This document shows, in pieces, positions 36,523-48,239 of a DNA stretch of 64,000 nt. Positions within the stretch are counted from its first letter, which is position 1. Each line of letters opens with the position of its first letter. A program made the translations under genes and the position numbers. Below the pieces are notes generated by a model. The model was not told where the DNA came from. It saw only the letters and a list, made by a program, of their open reading frames with translations, and searched no databases. Source of the stretch: Anthoceros angustus (lineage: Eukaryota > Plantae > Anthocerotophyta); the NCBI GenBank assembly GCA_010909165.1, contig VJWM01000116.1, forward strand, positions 310,001 to 374,000, read 5' to 3'.

Positions 36523-39500
36523 CTAAGCCGCAGACCTAGAACCGTTCTCCTGCTTGTTGAAGATCCCCCGCCCGAAATAGTCAGCTATAACTGAAAAACC
36601 ATCATCAGAGTTGCGCACGAGCTGGAAGAACCGATCATGGTCGTTTGCATTCTGTTCCAGACTGCGCTTCATCTCCAAGACGGCACGGTGTTGAGGGGCA
36701 CACACAGGGCATTCTTTCTCGTTGTCACCCAAGCACCTCTGATGGAAAGAGTGGTTGCAAAGGAAGTGCACCGCTGGCAGATCCAAAAGTGAGGTGCAAG
36801 CAGTGCACTTACTCAGCGTGAAGACTTTGGGGTTCGTCCTCAGGTCTGTCAGCTCTTTTCTCATTACCTTTGTTTCCTCCTGAAGGCAAAAATGACCAGA
36901 TAAGTCACGAGCAACAGGGTACTCAGAAAACATGATCTGATAGCACTGCTTGACATGGATCACAAACAAGAAGCTTACCTCATACTTCTCAATGGCTGTT
37001 CTGTCTTCCTCTATGAGCCTTGTCTCCTGCTGTAGTTGTTTAGCAATGTAGTCTTTGACAACAGACAAGGTGAGATTCTGGTTCTTAGCAAGAGTCTGTA
37101 TAACAATCAAAGGTGGCAGAAGGCTGTCTCGCTCAATATAAGTCAGCACTTCCTTGACTTCCTTTGCACAGTTTTCTCCCTTCTCTCCAAAGTAAGCCAA
37201 AGCATCAGCCCAAAGGCTTGCATCTCCACCCTTACTAGAATCACCAAGATGTTTGCAGCAGGAAATCAAACCTTGGTAATCCCCATCTTTCATGTAGCAG
37301 GCCATCACCTCCTTGTAGAGCTTCATTCGCTCGTATAAGAACAGTAGCCCATCCCTAAAGTTGTGCATTTGACAAAGTACCACTGCTAGATCAACATCAT
37401 AATGGGGTTGCTGCTCATGGGGACCCCAACCACTTCTTAGTAACGCCAAGGCTTTATGTCGCCTTTCAACCACCTCTTCTGCAGTATCCTTGCTCTGTAC
37501 CACTAATCTACTGGGACTTTTGCTTTTAGAGCCAGTGGGTGTTAGCCCACTTTTCGCCGCTTTGCCTTTCCTCAACCCAACTGCAATTGGACTACTCTGT
37601 TGGGCATCCTGTTGCTTCGTCATCTGGAGGGAGAGCACAGGAGTGCTCAAATCTTCTGACAGATAGAGCTCCAAAAGGGTGTTGTGAATCTCAGTATGAG
37701 CTGCAGAGTCTTTGATTCTGTCGACATATTGTTCCAAGAACTTCATCAACCACCTTGGTTGGTCACCATACACATGCACAAAATCCACGGGAGAAGGCAG
37801 TACCCCCGTTCTACTGCCAGCTGCTCCTGCCGCACTCAACCCACTGCCACTACTTGTGCAAAGATTCAGCAATGCAGCAGTAGTCTCCTCTGGTCTGTGA
37901 CTCACAAGGATCTTCCCATACTGTTTCAAAGTAACAGCAGCTTCATACAGTGGGAGACTGGAGATGTAGCCTAAAGCTTCCTCGTAGTTACCAAGGTCCT
38001 CAAGCAAGATTTTCAGGTATCTCTCATGCTCCCCAGCTTTCTTTGCAACAAACAAAGCATGCTGATGATAACCTGCAGCCCTGCAAACCCTGATAGCAAC
38101 TTCAACATCAAAATGATGCTCTCCTTCCTTCCCCCCATCACCTTTAATAAACTTATCCAACTTTACCACGTCCTTCAGTTTTGTGTAACAATTGAGAAGA
38201 AGCGTGGTGTGATCTGCAGTAGCTAGACACTTCTCATGGAGATTTTCCAAATAATGGGTCAAATTGTGAATTCTCTGCGCATCCAAAAACTTCTGAATCA
38301 CGTAAGATGGTTCCAATTGTCCAATAGTTTGAATATACTGTGCCATGGCTTCATCATAGTCCTGCTTCCCATACAGATGGTCACCATACTTGCGCATGAC
38401 TTCTGCTGTTGCTGCGGCATCTGCTTGCTGACTTTGCACGAGATTGATAGCCACAGTGTAGAGATTTTTCTTGAACAGCATTTCCAATTTACTTCCCATG
38501 TCCTTTTCCCTGATGTAGAGATGCTTGTGATCTTTAGTCAGCACTGTTATACTGCCCCATTCACATAATACATGTGCAACCTCTCCTACTGAGGCACTGT
38601 ACGCAATTAGCTTGTTTTTCAGGTCATAAATGTTAAGACTGTTCTTCTCTGGTTTTCTTGAATCAGCCGTAACAGCCAGCAAGTAGCCACGAAACCAGGC
38701 GATGTATCGCTTCTCCCCTTCAAAAGCCCAGCATGGTCCTCGTCCGTCTACTTCATAGAAGTACACAGCCTCAGGCCGTCCCACCACAAGGTCCTGAACG
38801 AAGCAAACCATCCAGTTAAGCTGCATGGACACAGCACGCAACAGCCCTGCATCTTCTCAAGAACCTGGGACGAGAGGTGACAGGGAACTGACCTGGTCAT
38901 CACTCATAGTCACACACTGACTCTCAGCACCGATCCGATCCAATACATGCTTCACGGGAGAAGGCTTGTGCATGTCAAACATGTTCACCGAGGTTTGTGT
39001 GACCGCAAAGAGCTGCAGAGCTTGGCCATCAACACGGAATCCCAACCCCGTAACCGGGCAAACTGGCCCCGGCTCGACTTGAAGTCTAAGCCGAGAAACT
39101 CGCTCACGCGCAACATCTCCTCGTATGCCATAGATAGATCCTGTCTCCAGCCCTAGACAGATTAGCAAAACTGGTGGTGCTTCCTCAAACACTAAGAAAG
39201 ATGTGATCTGCAAAATCAGGATCCACAGACTGTCACAAGTGGTGCAAATCAAAGCGACAGTTTCACAAACAGGCAGATCAGAGACAGGACAGCCCGAAGC
39301 ACGCACACACCGCACGTACCTTGGCTTCGGGGAACTTGTTGGTGAAAACACGAAGTGATCGCACACAGGCTGGGCCGCTACTACTGGAACCCTCTGGGGA
39401 GATCTTGTCCAGATCCCACATTTTCAGACTTACGGCTGACACCTTCGGGGACGGTGTTTCATCTTCCCCTACAGAGATCAGCATGTTCCGTTGCTGCACA

Positions 39501-39810
39501 AACAGACATAATTCTCATTGACGAACTCCCTGCTATACCGCAAAACTACAAAACATGAATCCCACTCAAGTCAGAATGCCAGCGAGGTCACCTTGAGCTG
39601 CTGGATGAAGTGGACGCGGGCAGAATGCGCCTGGAAGCTGTAGCTGAGCTTCAGCCCCCGGTCCAGAACGTGAACCATGGCATCTTCCGCCCCAATTGCA
39701 ATCTGACCCCTCCCATTTGTGCTGCACACAAGATTTTCCTTCAGCTGCTCCGCCTCTCCCGCTCCGCTGGGCTTGTCCTCAAAAAACTGGAACTTCCGCC
39801 ACTGATACAT
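36523..39810 (-). CDS. VPS11: Vacuolar protein sorting 11 (HOPS/CORVET subunit), multi-exon
   Basis: MYQWRKFQFF start, clathrin-repeat region (KYGDHLYGKQDYDEAMAQYI, FLDAQRIHNLT) and C-terminal RING (KCTACTSLLDLPAVHFLCNHSFHQRC...CPVC). Confidence 0.95.
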
Positions 39811-40396
39811 GCTGCCAACCTGCCCTGCCACTCTAGATCTGTCCCCTCCTTTCACATTCCCTGAGGACTCTCCTAGGCTGCAGGTTGGATCGTAGGTTGG
39901 ATCGTGCAGAGGGCCATGCTCGGAGCTGCACACTTTCTAGTCTTAACATTTTGCCCTTGAATTCTAAGTTGATTTTCGGTGCAAATTCCATGGGTGACTA
40001 CTATTGTGCCAGACGCCCCAAGCTTGGCAAAGGAGTGCGAGACGCAACTCTTTTACGACCTTTTTTTAAGTTTTCAGTACTGGCTAGGGCCGGTACTTCA
40101 CGATAATTTGAAAGCTAACAAGCTAATAAAAAGCTAGCGAGGCCTTAGAATATGCTTGGTCTAAAGAGGTATCTTCCTGCATACTTCTAGGTCATGATAT
40201 CGTTTTTGGTTTCTTTGAGCTTCTATAGTAACATCTAAAAATATGGAGCGTTTTTAGTTTTGTATAATAAATAAAATAACTACTACATATCATTAGAGTT
40301 AATATGGCATACAACGGGTTTAAATTTTCAAGTCATACATATATTTGAAATATATATACTACATATATTAAAATGACTAAAGACAAAAATGACCAA

Positions 40397-40577
40397 TAAG
40401 TTCCATTTCCAAGACTTTAAGTTTCATTGCCATGTACTAAGTTCGATTATCACGAATTTAAGTTTCATTACCGTGTACTAAGTTGCATTGCCAAGACTCT
40501 AAGTTATATTGCCACATAATACTAAGCTCTATTGCCAAGACTGCAAGTTTCACTCCCATATACTAAGTTTCATCGCT
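40397..40577. repeat. Degenerate ~21-bp tandem repeat (~8-9 copies)
   Basis: Recurrent TAAGTT(T)CATTGCCAAGACT-like units in AT-rich intergenic DNA. Confidence 0.7.
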
Positions 40578-41238
40578 ATGTATCTTAGGAGGAAATGCTA
40601 AGAGAAAGGAAGAAGCATTGCAATGCGATGCATGGAACTGCTTCTTCCTTTCTCAAGGCATTTCCTAGAGAATCTAAAATAATTGCGATGCATCGATCCA
40701 CTATCTTACAAAATACTTCTTCCTCTCTCTAGTAATTGATACAACTTATCATTTACGTGTGTTAGATATGTGTCTTTGACTTTCATGATATCTTTGTATG
40801 TTTTTTACAGCGAACTTGATTTAGAATATCTCCATAGGGCTTTGCAAGGACATTTTACCAAGCCGCTTTTTTTACAGCAGAGATTGGATAACATCCCATC
40901 AAGCAGCGATCCGACTCATGGATGCTTGAGCATGGAGTTCCAATGGACCCACGTCTAGATGACGTTTGTCTCTTTTAGTGTGTGACGCCGGTTAGTTCAT
41001 CCTCTCTACATGATCCTTAAAAAAAACACTCGTAAAAGGATCATAGTCTGCCATAAAAAGATTTAACGGCTCCACCGGAAATCTTGCACCTATTTAGGAA
41101 GATGGCCTTGTCCAGAACCGCCAACTGCAGAAATTCAAACAATATTGAAGCGAAGACTTGATCATAGTTTGTAAAGATTTTATGAAGTACACGCCTCATG
41201 AACTACGCGATGAACACGTAAACCGCGAATCGTAATAG

Positions 41239-41451
41239 AAGAAGAAGAAGAATTTTATTTAAGTCCACTAAGGACGGATTTCCGTCATGGGACTTGGTAC
41301 TTAACAACTTGTACCATGGTGTGCCTAAGCTACTTGCACCAAGGGCATCCGCTCCCTTTAGGCACCCCATCTAAGTACCGATCCAAGCTCAGGATGCTTA
41401 ATCACGGCGTTCTTATACATGTGTGTCCATTTGGCCTAGGCCATTTGGAAA
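41239..41451 (-). mobile_element. Short non-LTR-type retroposon (SINE or LINE 3' end), copy 1
   Basis: Near-identical to 56884-57094 in inverted orientation. Ends AAATAAAA(TTC)n and is flanked by a TAATAG direct repeat (41233-41238 / 41452-41457). Confidence 0.7.
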
Positions 41452-41579
41452 TAATAGGTGCAAGCGACAGACGAGCCCGCTCACATCTTCAAGGTCATCG
41501 AAATGCACGGCTAAAAATTGTTGTCTCCCTTGATGCCGGTGCAGGAGTTTGTGCGGGTCTCAACAGAGAACTCACTTAG

Positions 41580-43290
41580 CTACTGATCATACTGTGAATG
41601 CAGCTCGATGATAAAAGCTACCAGCGGTTCTTCTACATCCAGGAACTTGTCCTTCATGAGCGTCGTTTTCCCACTATCCGTGACCACGATCACCTTCTGC
41701 TTCCGAGTCCGCAGCTCATTGGCTACCACAGCGTGCATGCCGTACTTCAGTCGGGCAGCTTCAGCCTTCTTGACCAAGATCTCCAAATCAGTCTCCAACT
41801 GCAACCAACGGGTTTCACCACTGCCGTCACTACAGCCAAAAGCTAACCCCCGCAGGACAGTAGGTGAGGGGGAACCTTGAAAGAGACACAGACTGCCTTT
41901 GGCGCCCATTTTTGCCTCAACAGTGTTAGCATCTTGGGAACAGGTGCTAGCTGCAGATCCAAAGGACCCGTGCCTGATTGAATCTTGTGCTCCTCCTGAG
42001 GATAGACAAACAAATACATTTGTATGAATCTGTTTGGGACAGCACTTAAAACGAGTGAAGAGTGAGGCATATCATACCATGCTTTCCCAAGGCACGTAAA
42101 AGTCAGAAACCGCTGCAGCTAAGTAGAACAAGGCTCGAGAGTCCAGCTGACTCAGGGCCGATGCAACCGTTTGAAGAATCTGCACAAAAAACTTGAATCA
42201 TCTGAATTGCTTGAGAGCAGACCAGGCACCAGACTCAGCTGTGCAACGATGGCCGCGGGAAAAGAGCTCCCGGAGGTGAGGGTGGCGTGGTGGGGAGGAA
42301 GGTAGTACTTGAAGATACTCGAAGAGTGTGCTGTATTGCAGGATGAGCAGATTCCCATTGTTGGTAGCCTACAAACAAACAGCCCCACAGCTGAAACCAT
42401 CTTTCGAAAGCTTTCAACTTACCAACAGTGGCAAATTGTATGCAAGAGCAGAAAGTAAACCTGTGGTGATGAATCTAAGGGAGTACCAAATGATGCTCCC
42501 TAACGGCTTGCTGAACGATATCGGCATACAGGGGAGACGCTGGAAAAGACAGCCAGCCCTGGATTTAGTACAACGGCTAGCTCATAGGGACTAACCAATA
42601 GAGAAGAAAGCAGAGACAATGAGGCAGAGACCGACGTTGGATGGGTTGATCCTTGGATGCTTCGAAGCACTCGAGAAGTGGATTCTCTGGAAGAAATCGG
42701 CAGAATGGATGTGCCGATCCTCTGCTCAACGAAGCCATGGACGAATTGACAGACAGACTTGCAATATGTCTAAAACTCAGCCTGCAAACCGAAATGGGAA
42801 CCATCCCTTCACTGACCTGCGCTGAATGAAAACAACAGCATATCCTGCCTTCAAAAAGTACCTGCAGGCTCCAAGAAGAAGCAGTTTGAGCGTTAGAAAC
42901 GACAGGATGCTGCCCAGACGATCTCAATTTCCACCAGGTGACTGTCCTCACTCGGTAGAAGCAGCTCCACGGTGTCCGGAGCTGAAATTGTCGATGAACC
43001 GAACGCATCGCCGCTCCAGGGGCACGGTTGTGCCTCCTGAGGTCACACAAACAACTCTCCTCTGCGACACAGCCATCTCACCTGCAAGCTCCAACAGATG
43101 ACAATGTCAGACTGCCCAAATCACAAACCAATTGTGCAAAGGCCATGGAGGCTGCCATGCCTGGTTCCCCACGATTCCGTACAACAAAACTGTGGACCAG
43201 ATCTGCAATTCTCTGTCCATCTTGCAGCGGCGGCGCGGAAGAGAAAAACGCATCAGCCTCTGCTGCGATCGTACAAGTGTCGAGCGCCAT
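41580..43290 (-). CDS. PPCS: Phosphopantothenate--cysteine ligase (CoA biosynthesis), multi-exon
   Basis: [56 protein letters not shown] and VVANEL. Confidence 0.93.
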
Positions 43291-43671
43291 GGCAAGCGGA
43301 GCGTGCCGCTTCTCTGGCCAGGTAATCCTCCGTCTCTATGCGAGGTTAAGACTAAAACACGAGGTTGGAGATAACAGAACCGCCTCATGTCACGCCTTCT
43401 GGGCCTCTCATTTCGTGTGATGAACGAAGAGCACTGCGCAGAATAAAGCAATCGAGGATCGGAGGGGCACGAGCGTAGGCATGAGCGCACGAGAGACAGG
43501 AGATGAAAGAAAAACGGTTATAAAATTCAGCAGAAAAGGAAAACATATATACACGAGTTCTTAGTCCATTTTTTACTGTTCATAAAACTATAAAGTCCTA
43601 TTTACTATTTCTTCACAGAAGTGATGGTCCTGTGACGGATTCTTCCTCTTTAGAGAAGCGCAACTCGCAAA

Positions 43672-44640
43672 ATGGCTGCAGCCGCTTTGCAGACAAGCAG
43701 CGGACTGATTCTGTGCCGCAGCAGGGAGCTCTTTCAGGATCCGACATCTTGCGGTGGGAGGAAAGTTTTTGATCACAGCAGCAACAGAGTTTTTCTGAGG
43801 GACAGGACGCCTAGGCCACAGGAATGGGAGAATTGCGTCCTGGCCAGCTCGAGGTGCGCGGGTCCGAAGAGTCTTGCTTTCAGGGCAGAGGATTCCTGGC
43901 AGCCGGCTGCATCAGCACCTCGAAATGGACAGGTTCTGTGTGGTGAAGGATTGGTGGGTGGGGATGGAAGTTCGAGGATATCCCGAAGGGAAGCGGGAAT
44001 TAAGCTGGGGGCAGCTGCTCTGGCCTCGCTGGTAGTCTTACCAGGGACAGATGCTGCCATTGCTGTGCAGCAGACTCTGCTTGCAGGGCGCGTCCCGGGA
44101 CTATCCGATCCGGACAGTGACGGAAGGAGAACATATCGCAGACCTGATGCCAAATCCGGTGGCCACGGCGTTGGCTGGAGTCCCATCATTCCCTACTCCT
44201 TCAAGGTTCCTGGTGACGGATGGCAAGAGGTTCCCGTTTCCATCGCTGATTTAGGAGGCACCGAAATCGATTTGAGGTTTGCTAACGCCCAGGAAGGGAA
44301 TCTGTCTGTGATTGTGGCTCCGGTTCTCCGATTTTCGGACAGCCTTGGAGACAACGCAACTATTGAAAAGGTTGGCACTCCTGAGATGGTGATCAATGCG
44401 TTTGGACCAGAGGTGATTGGGAAGAATGTGGAGGGGCTTGTGAAGGACATACATGTGAAAGAGTATGGGGGAAGGAAGTACTACCAGTATGAGCTGGAAA
44501 ACCCTCATGTGCTGATAAATGCCACGGCAGCTGGAAACCGGTTGTATTTGCTGAGTCTCTCAGCCAACGGCCGGCAGTGGAAGAAGTTCGCTCCAACCTT
44601 GAAGCAGATCCTCGACTCCTTCAGGGTGGAGTCCGCGTGA
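43672..44640 (+). CDS. PPD4: PsbP domain protein 4 (thylakoid lumen), intronless
   Basis: RTYRRPDAKSGGHGVGWSPIIPY, PVSIADLGGTEIDLRF and TAAGNRLYL. Bipartite targeting with a twin-Arg (SRREA) and an AxA site. Confidence 0.93.
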   Translation: MAAAALQTSSGLILCRSRELFQDPTSCGGRKVFDHSSNRVFLRDRTPRPQEWENCVLASSRCAGPKSLAFRAEDSWQPAASAPRNGQVLCGEGLVGGDGSSRISRREAGIKLGAAALASLVVLPGTDAAIAVQQTLLAGRVPGLSDPDSDGRRTYRRPDAKSGGHGVGWSPIIPYSFKVPGDGWQEVPVSIADLGGTEIDLRFANAQEGNLSVIVAPVLRFSDSLGDNATIEKVGTPEMVINAFGPEVIGKNVEGLVKDIHVKEYGGRKYYQYELENPHVLINATAAGNRLYLLSLSANGRQWKKFAPTLKQILDSFRVESA

Positions 44641-45157
44641 CTGTCAGAAAGCCCAGCAGATATCAGACGAGCTCGGAAGATTTTGCTGATTGGTGCAACG
44701 ATGGAGCTTCTGGTTCTGTTTCGTTTTGTGAGTGTCTGTGTAACTGGAAGGCTTTAATACCTATCCATCTAGCTAGAGATGTTCTCCGCTTTCCCAGCGT
44801 CCTACAGTATTCGTGATGCGAAGCTGAATGTGCTATATGTACAATAGATGTATCTCTGAACATGCGCTGCCGTCTCATCACTGCAGTTACGCAAACTGTG
44901 TTTCTCCATGGATATGAAATCTGGTGCTCGAGTCCAGAAGCAGAATATTTTTGATGCCCAACACTGGTGCTCAAACATGGAATCATTCTCTTTCTCTCTA
45001 AGAGGAGACACTGAAGGTGTGAAGGAACTGCCCTCCTTCACAAAGAAGTTACCAAGTTTAAACACCACCAACAGAGTTCTGTGTGGTTCTCCTTTTTTCC
45101 TGCTGCTGCTGCTGCCTTGGAAGCCTTGGCTATTACAGATGTAGTAGGGCCAGTTGG

Positions 45158-46465
45158 ATGTCAGCAATGGGACTGGGTTCTCTGCCGCTGCTCCTGCCTT
45201 CTCCCGGTATTGCGCATGCGCATAGGCATCACAGTCGTCCAGCTTTCTGCTCCTCCTGGCAATCTGTGCTGCAGTGTCGTGCGTCCTCCTCCTCCGCAGC
45301 ATCCAGCTCTTCAGGCAGCGGGGATGGAGGCAGCAAGCAGTCTTGCTGGGACGCCAGGGACTCTGAAGGCAACGACTATCTGTACCGCCTGGGCAAGGAG
45401 GCGGACAACCTCAACATCACAGTGGGGGCCAGGTCTGGCGTGATAGATGACCTGTTTGTGGGCGATTTCCTGGGGAAGGACTCCGACATTGTGTTCACAT
45501 ACCGGCAGCAGGTGACAAGGGCGTTCGGGCATCTGCAGGGAGATTACTATATCGCGCCCGCGTTTCTGGACCGGGTCACCACCCACATTGCCAAGAATTA
45601 TCTGGCCTCCAAAATCGATGCCAAGGTGCCGCTCATTCTGGGCGTGTGGGGCGGGAAGGGCCAGGGCAAGACGTTCCAGACGGAGCTCATCTTCAAGGCC
45701 CTGGGCCTGGAGCCGGTGATTCTGTCGGCAGGGGAGCTGGAGTCGGAGTGGGCGGGCCAGCCCGGGAAGCTCATCCGGGAGCGCTACCGGGCTGCTTCTC
45801 AGGTGATCCACAACAAGGGCAAGCTGAGTTGCTTGATGATCAACGACCTGGATGCGGGTATCGGCCACTTTGAGAACACGCAAGTGACTGTCAACAACCA
45901 GATGGTTGTGGGGACGTTGATGAATTTGTGTGACGATCCCACCAGAGTGAGTGTTGGGCAGGAATGGAGGGCAGCGGATATCGTCAACAGGGTTCCGATC
46001 ATCGTCACAGGGAACGATTTCTCCACAATCTGGGCGCCCTTAATCAGGGACGGCAGGATGGATAAGTTCTACTGGCAGCCCACCAGGGACGACATCGTCA
46101 ACATCGTGTTCCAGATGTACAGCAAGGATGGGCTCACGGTGCAGGATATTGAGGGCATTGTGGATACTTTCCCCAACCAGCCGCTGGATTTCTACGGAGC
46201 CCTCCGCTCCAGAACTTACGATCAGCATATCCTGGACTGGGTGAACAGTGCAGCTGGAGGGGCAGAGAAGATGGGATCCATCCTGGTTAACAGAAAGAGG
46301 GACCAACCCCTTCCACCCTTCATCGCACCCAAGCAGACTGTCGAAGATTTGATTGAGGCGGGAAGGGCACTGGTGGCCGAGCAAGAGTTGGTTATGAGCA
46401 TGAGGTTGTCGGATGAGTACATGAAGAAGCAAACTGGCCCTGGAATAGGAATCCTGGCTTCGTAG
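45158..46465 (+). CDS. Rubisco-activase-like AAA+ ATPase (At1g73110-type, not canonical RCA), intronless
   Basis: YLYRLGKEADN, GDYYIAPAF, Walker A GGKGQGKT, LMINDLDAG and RDGRMDKFYW. The ATG at 45158 gives a transit peptide. Confidence 0.92.
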   Translation: MSAMGLGSLPLLLPSPGIAHAHRHHSRPAFCSSWQSVLQCRASSSSAASSSSGSGDGGSKQSCWDARDSEGNDYLYRLGKEADNLNITVGARSGVIDDLFVGDFLGKDSDIVFTYRQQVTRAFGHLQGDYYIAPAFLDRVTTHIAKNYLASKIDAKVPLILGVWGGKGQGKTFQTELIFKALGLEPVILSAGELESEWAGQPGKLIRERYRAASQVIHNKGKLSCLMINDLDAGIGHFENTQVTVNNQMVVGTLMNLCDDPTRVSVGQEWRAADIVNRVPIIVTGNDFSTIWAPLIRDGRMDKFYWQPTRDDIVNIVFQMYSKDGLTVQDIEGIVDTFPNQPLDFYGALRSRTYDQHILDWVNSAAGGAEKMGSILVNRKRDQPLPPFIAPKQTVEDLIEAGRALVAEQELVMSMRLSDEYMKKQTGPGIGILAS

Positions 46466-46925
46466 TACATACGGCAAGGCTCTTCATGCGCTGTAAACTT
46501 AGTGACAGCACATTCCGTAGGCGCTTCTACTGCTGTCTCCGAGACGCCACGCCGGAGTCATGAAATGCTTACGAGTCACATCTCAATGTTTCACAGCACC
46601 TGCCTTGAAGCTTCATGGAGTCTGCCAGCAACACAGTTCCGGAATCCAGACCACTGACTTGAGGTACGTGACTTCAGCAACATGTCTTGCATGTCGGGAT
46701 TCGAAGACAAGGATGGTTCACGCTTGTATAGCTGCAATTGCAGGCATCAAAATGTACACTGAAAGAGTTTCTCTCCATTCTGCAGGCATGCTATCCAGTA
46801 TCCCGCATCACACGTTCTGAACACCTAGTGATATAAGTACATGAAGTAGTAGAACATTTGGTACAATTGAACGCTAATCTTCCCAACAGGGCCATATCCA
46901 GCTCCCAGAGTCCGAGCAAGCCCCA

Positions 46926-47744
46926 CTAGCTGGCCGGCACGACCTTGAGGAGCTCGATATCGAAGAGCAAGGTCTTGTCGATCAGGCCCTGATTCTTCAA
47001 CACGAAATCCAGAGCTCGCTGGCCCGAGAACGTGGTGGGCCTGGGGCCGCTCTTGCCGAAATCGTTGTCAGGGTAGCCGAGCGTCGGGGGCACCAGAATT
47101 CTCCTCACTCCGCCAACGCGCATGCTTGCCACAGCCTCCTCGAAGGCCGGAATAACCTCAGCCTGCCCGAGCTTGAACCTGAAGAAATCCTTCTCGTTGC
47201 CTTCGAACGATCCCCCCTTGGCCTTGTTCCTGGCCTCGAAAATGCGGCCGTAGTAGCCGATGGTGTAGCCGTCCCAGTCCACCACCACCGTCTCCCCGCG
47301 CTGCGGCACAGCCCCAGACCCCGCCCTGAGATCCTTGTACTGCAGCCCGCTCTCAGTCTGGGTGTAGTCCGGGTACTTGGTGATGGTCTTGCCGTAATCC
47401 TTGCCCCGCAAAGCCGGCATGTCCGTATACTCCCCGGCACGCGCATTCTCCACTCCTTGCGCGACCGCAGCCGCCATCGCCGCCGCGCCAGCTGCTGCGA
47501 ATCTGCACACGCTTCGCCGGCTGAGCACAGCCGGTCCATCGCCCTCGTCTCGGCCATCCCTCCCGCTCTCGGTGCCGCATGAGGCGCTTGCAATCAGCGG
47601 AGTGAAAGACCGGGCTTTTGCCTTTGCGCGTGCAAGTGAGGGAATCGTCGACGACGCTGGGTGCAAGCAGGACGATGAGGAAAGGGCCGTCTCCGGAGCC
47701 GGGGCCCCGGCAGGCAGGGTCGAGCAGGAGCATGCCAGCGCCAT
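46926..47744 (-). CDS. FKBP19: Thylakoid-lumen FKBP-type PPIase 19, intronless
   Basis: DMPALRGKDYGKT, VVVDWDGYTIGYYGRIFEARN and SGQRALDFVL.NQGLIDKTLLFD. Twin-Arg SRRS and AxA signal. Confidence 0.95.
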   Translation of the reverse strand: MALACSCSTLPAGAPAPETALSSSSCLHPASSTIPSLARAKAKARSFTPLIASASCGTESGRDGRDEGDGPAVLSRRSVCRFAAAGAAAMAAAVAQGVENARAGEYTDMPALRGKDYGKTITKYPDYTQTESGLQYKDLRAGSGAVPQRGETVVVDWDGYTIGYYGRIFEARNKAKGGSFEGNEKDFFRFKLGQAEVIPAFEEAVASMRVGGVRRILVPPTLGYPDNDFGKSGPRPTTFSGQRALDFVLKNQGLIDKTLLFDIELLKVVPAS

Positions 47745-48239
47745 ATTAGCTGTGGCGCAGCTGCAGCGGCACGGCCATGTGTTCAGGCTAGCCCGTTTGA
47801 TAATAGCTGGAACCCTTTTCACACTGCAGGATGGCCGCGTCTACCACTCAAACTGGCCCTCCGCTTAGGTCATTCGCTCATCGCGAAATTTGGTTTTGCT
47901 TCTTGCGTCGCAGATTACTGCGAGGGAGGTAGATTCCAGATGCCTCGCCGATTCCAGCGCATCGGAGCATTCTGGAATCCTACTGCCGGCGTGCAAGGAT
48001 GGAAGACTATAGCTGAGGTGTGAAGTGGTAGTGAATTCAGCGCCCGGGATGCCGGAGTGTTGATGTAGTGGTGGAGTGGAGGATCGGGAATGCCGTCGTT
48101 TTTTGGTGGAGATTAGAAGGTGGGAGGACGGTTAGGATCGGCTGGTGTGGTGCATTCTGTGCAGGATGGAAGGACGGGTGGCCTGGTGCAGCTGATTCGA
48201 GATACAGCGGTGGTGATCCGCTGATCTCGGGGGAAGAGC

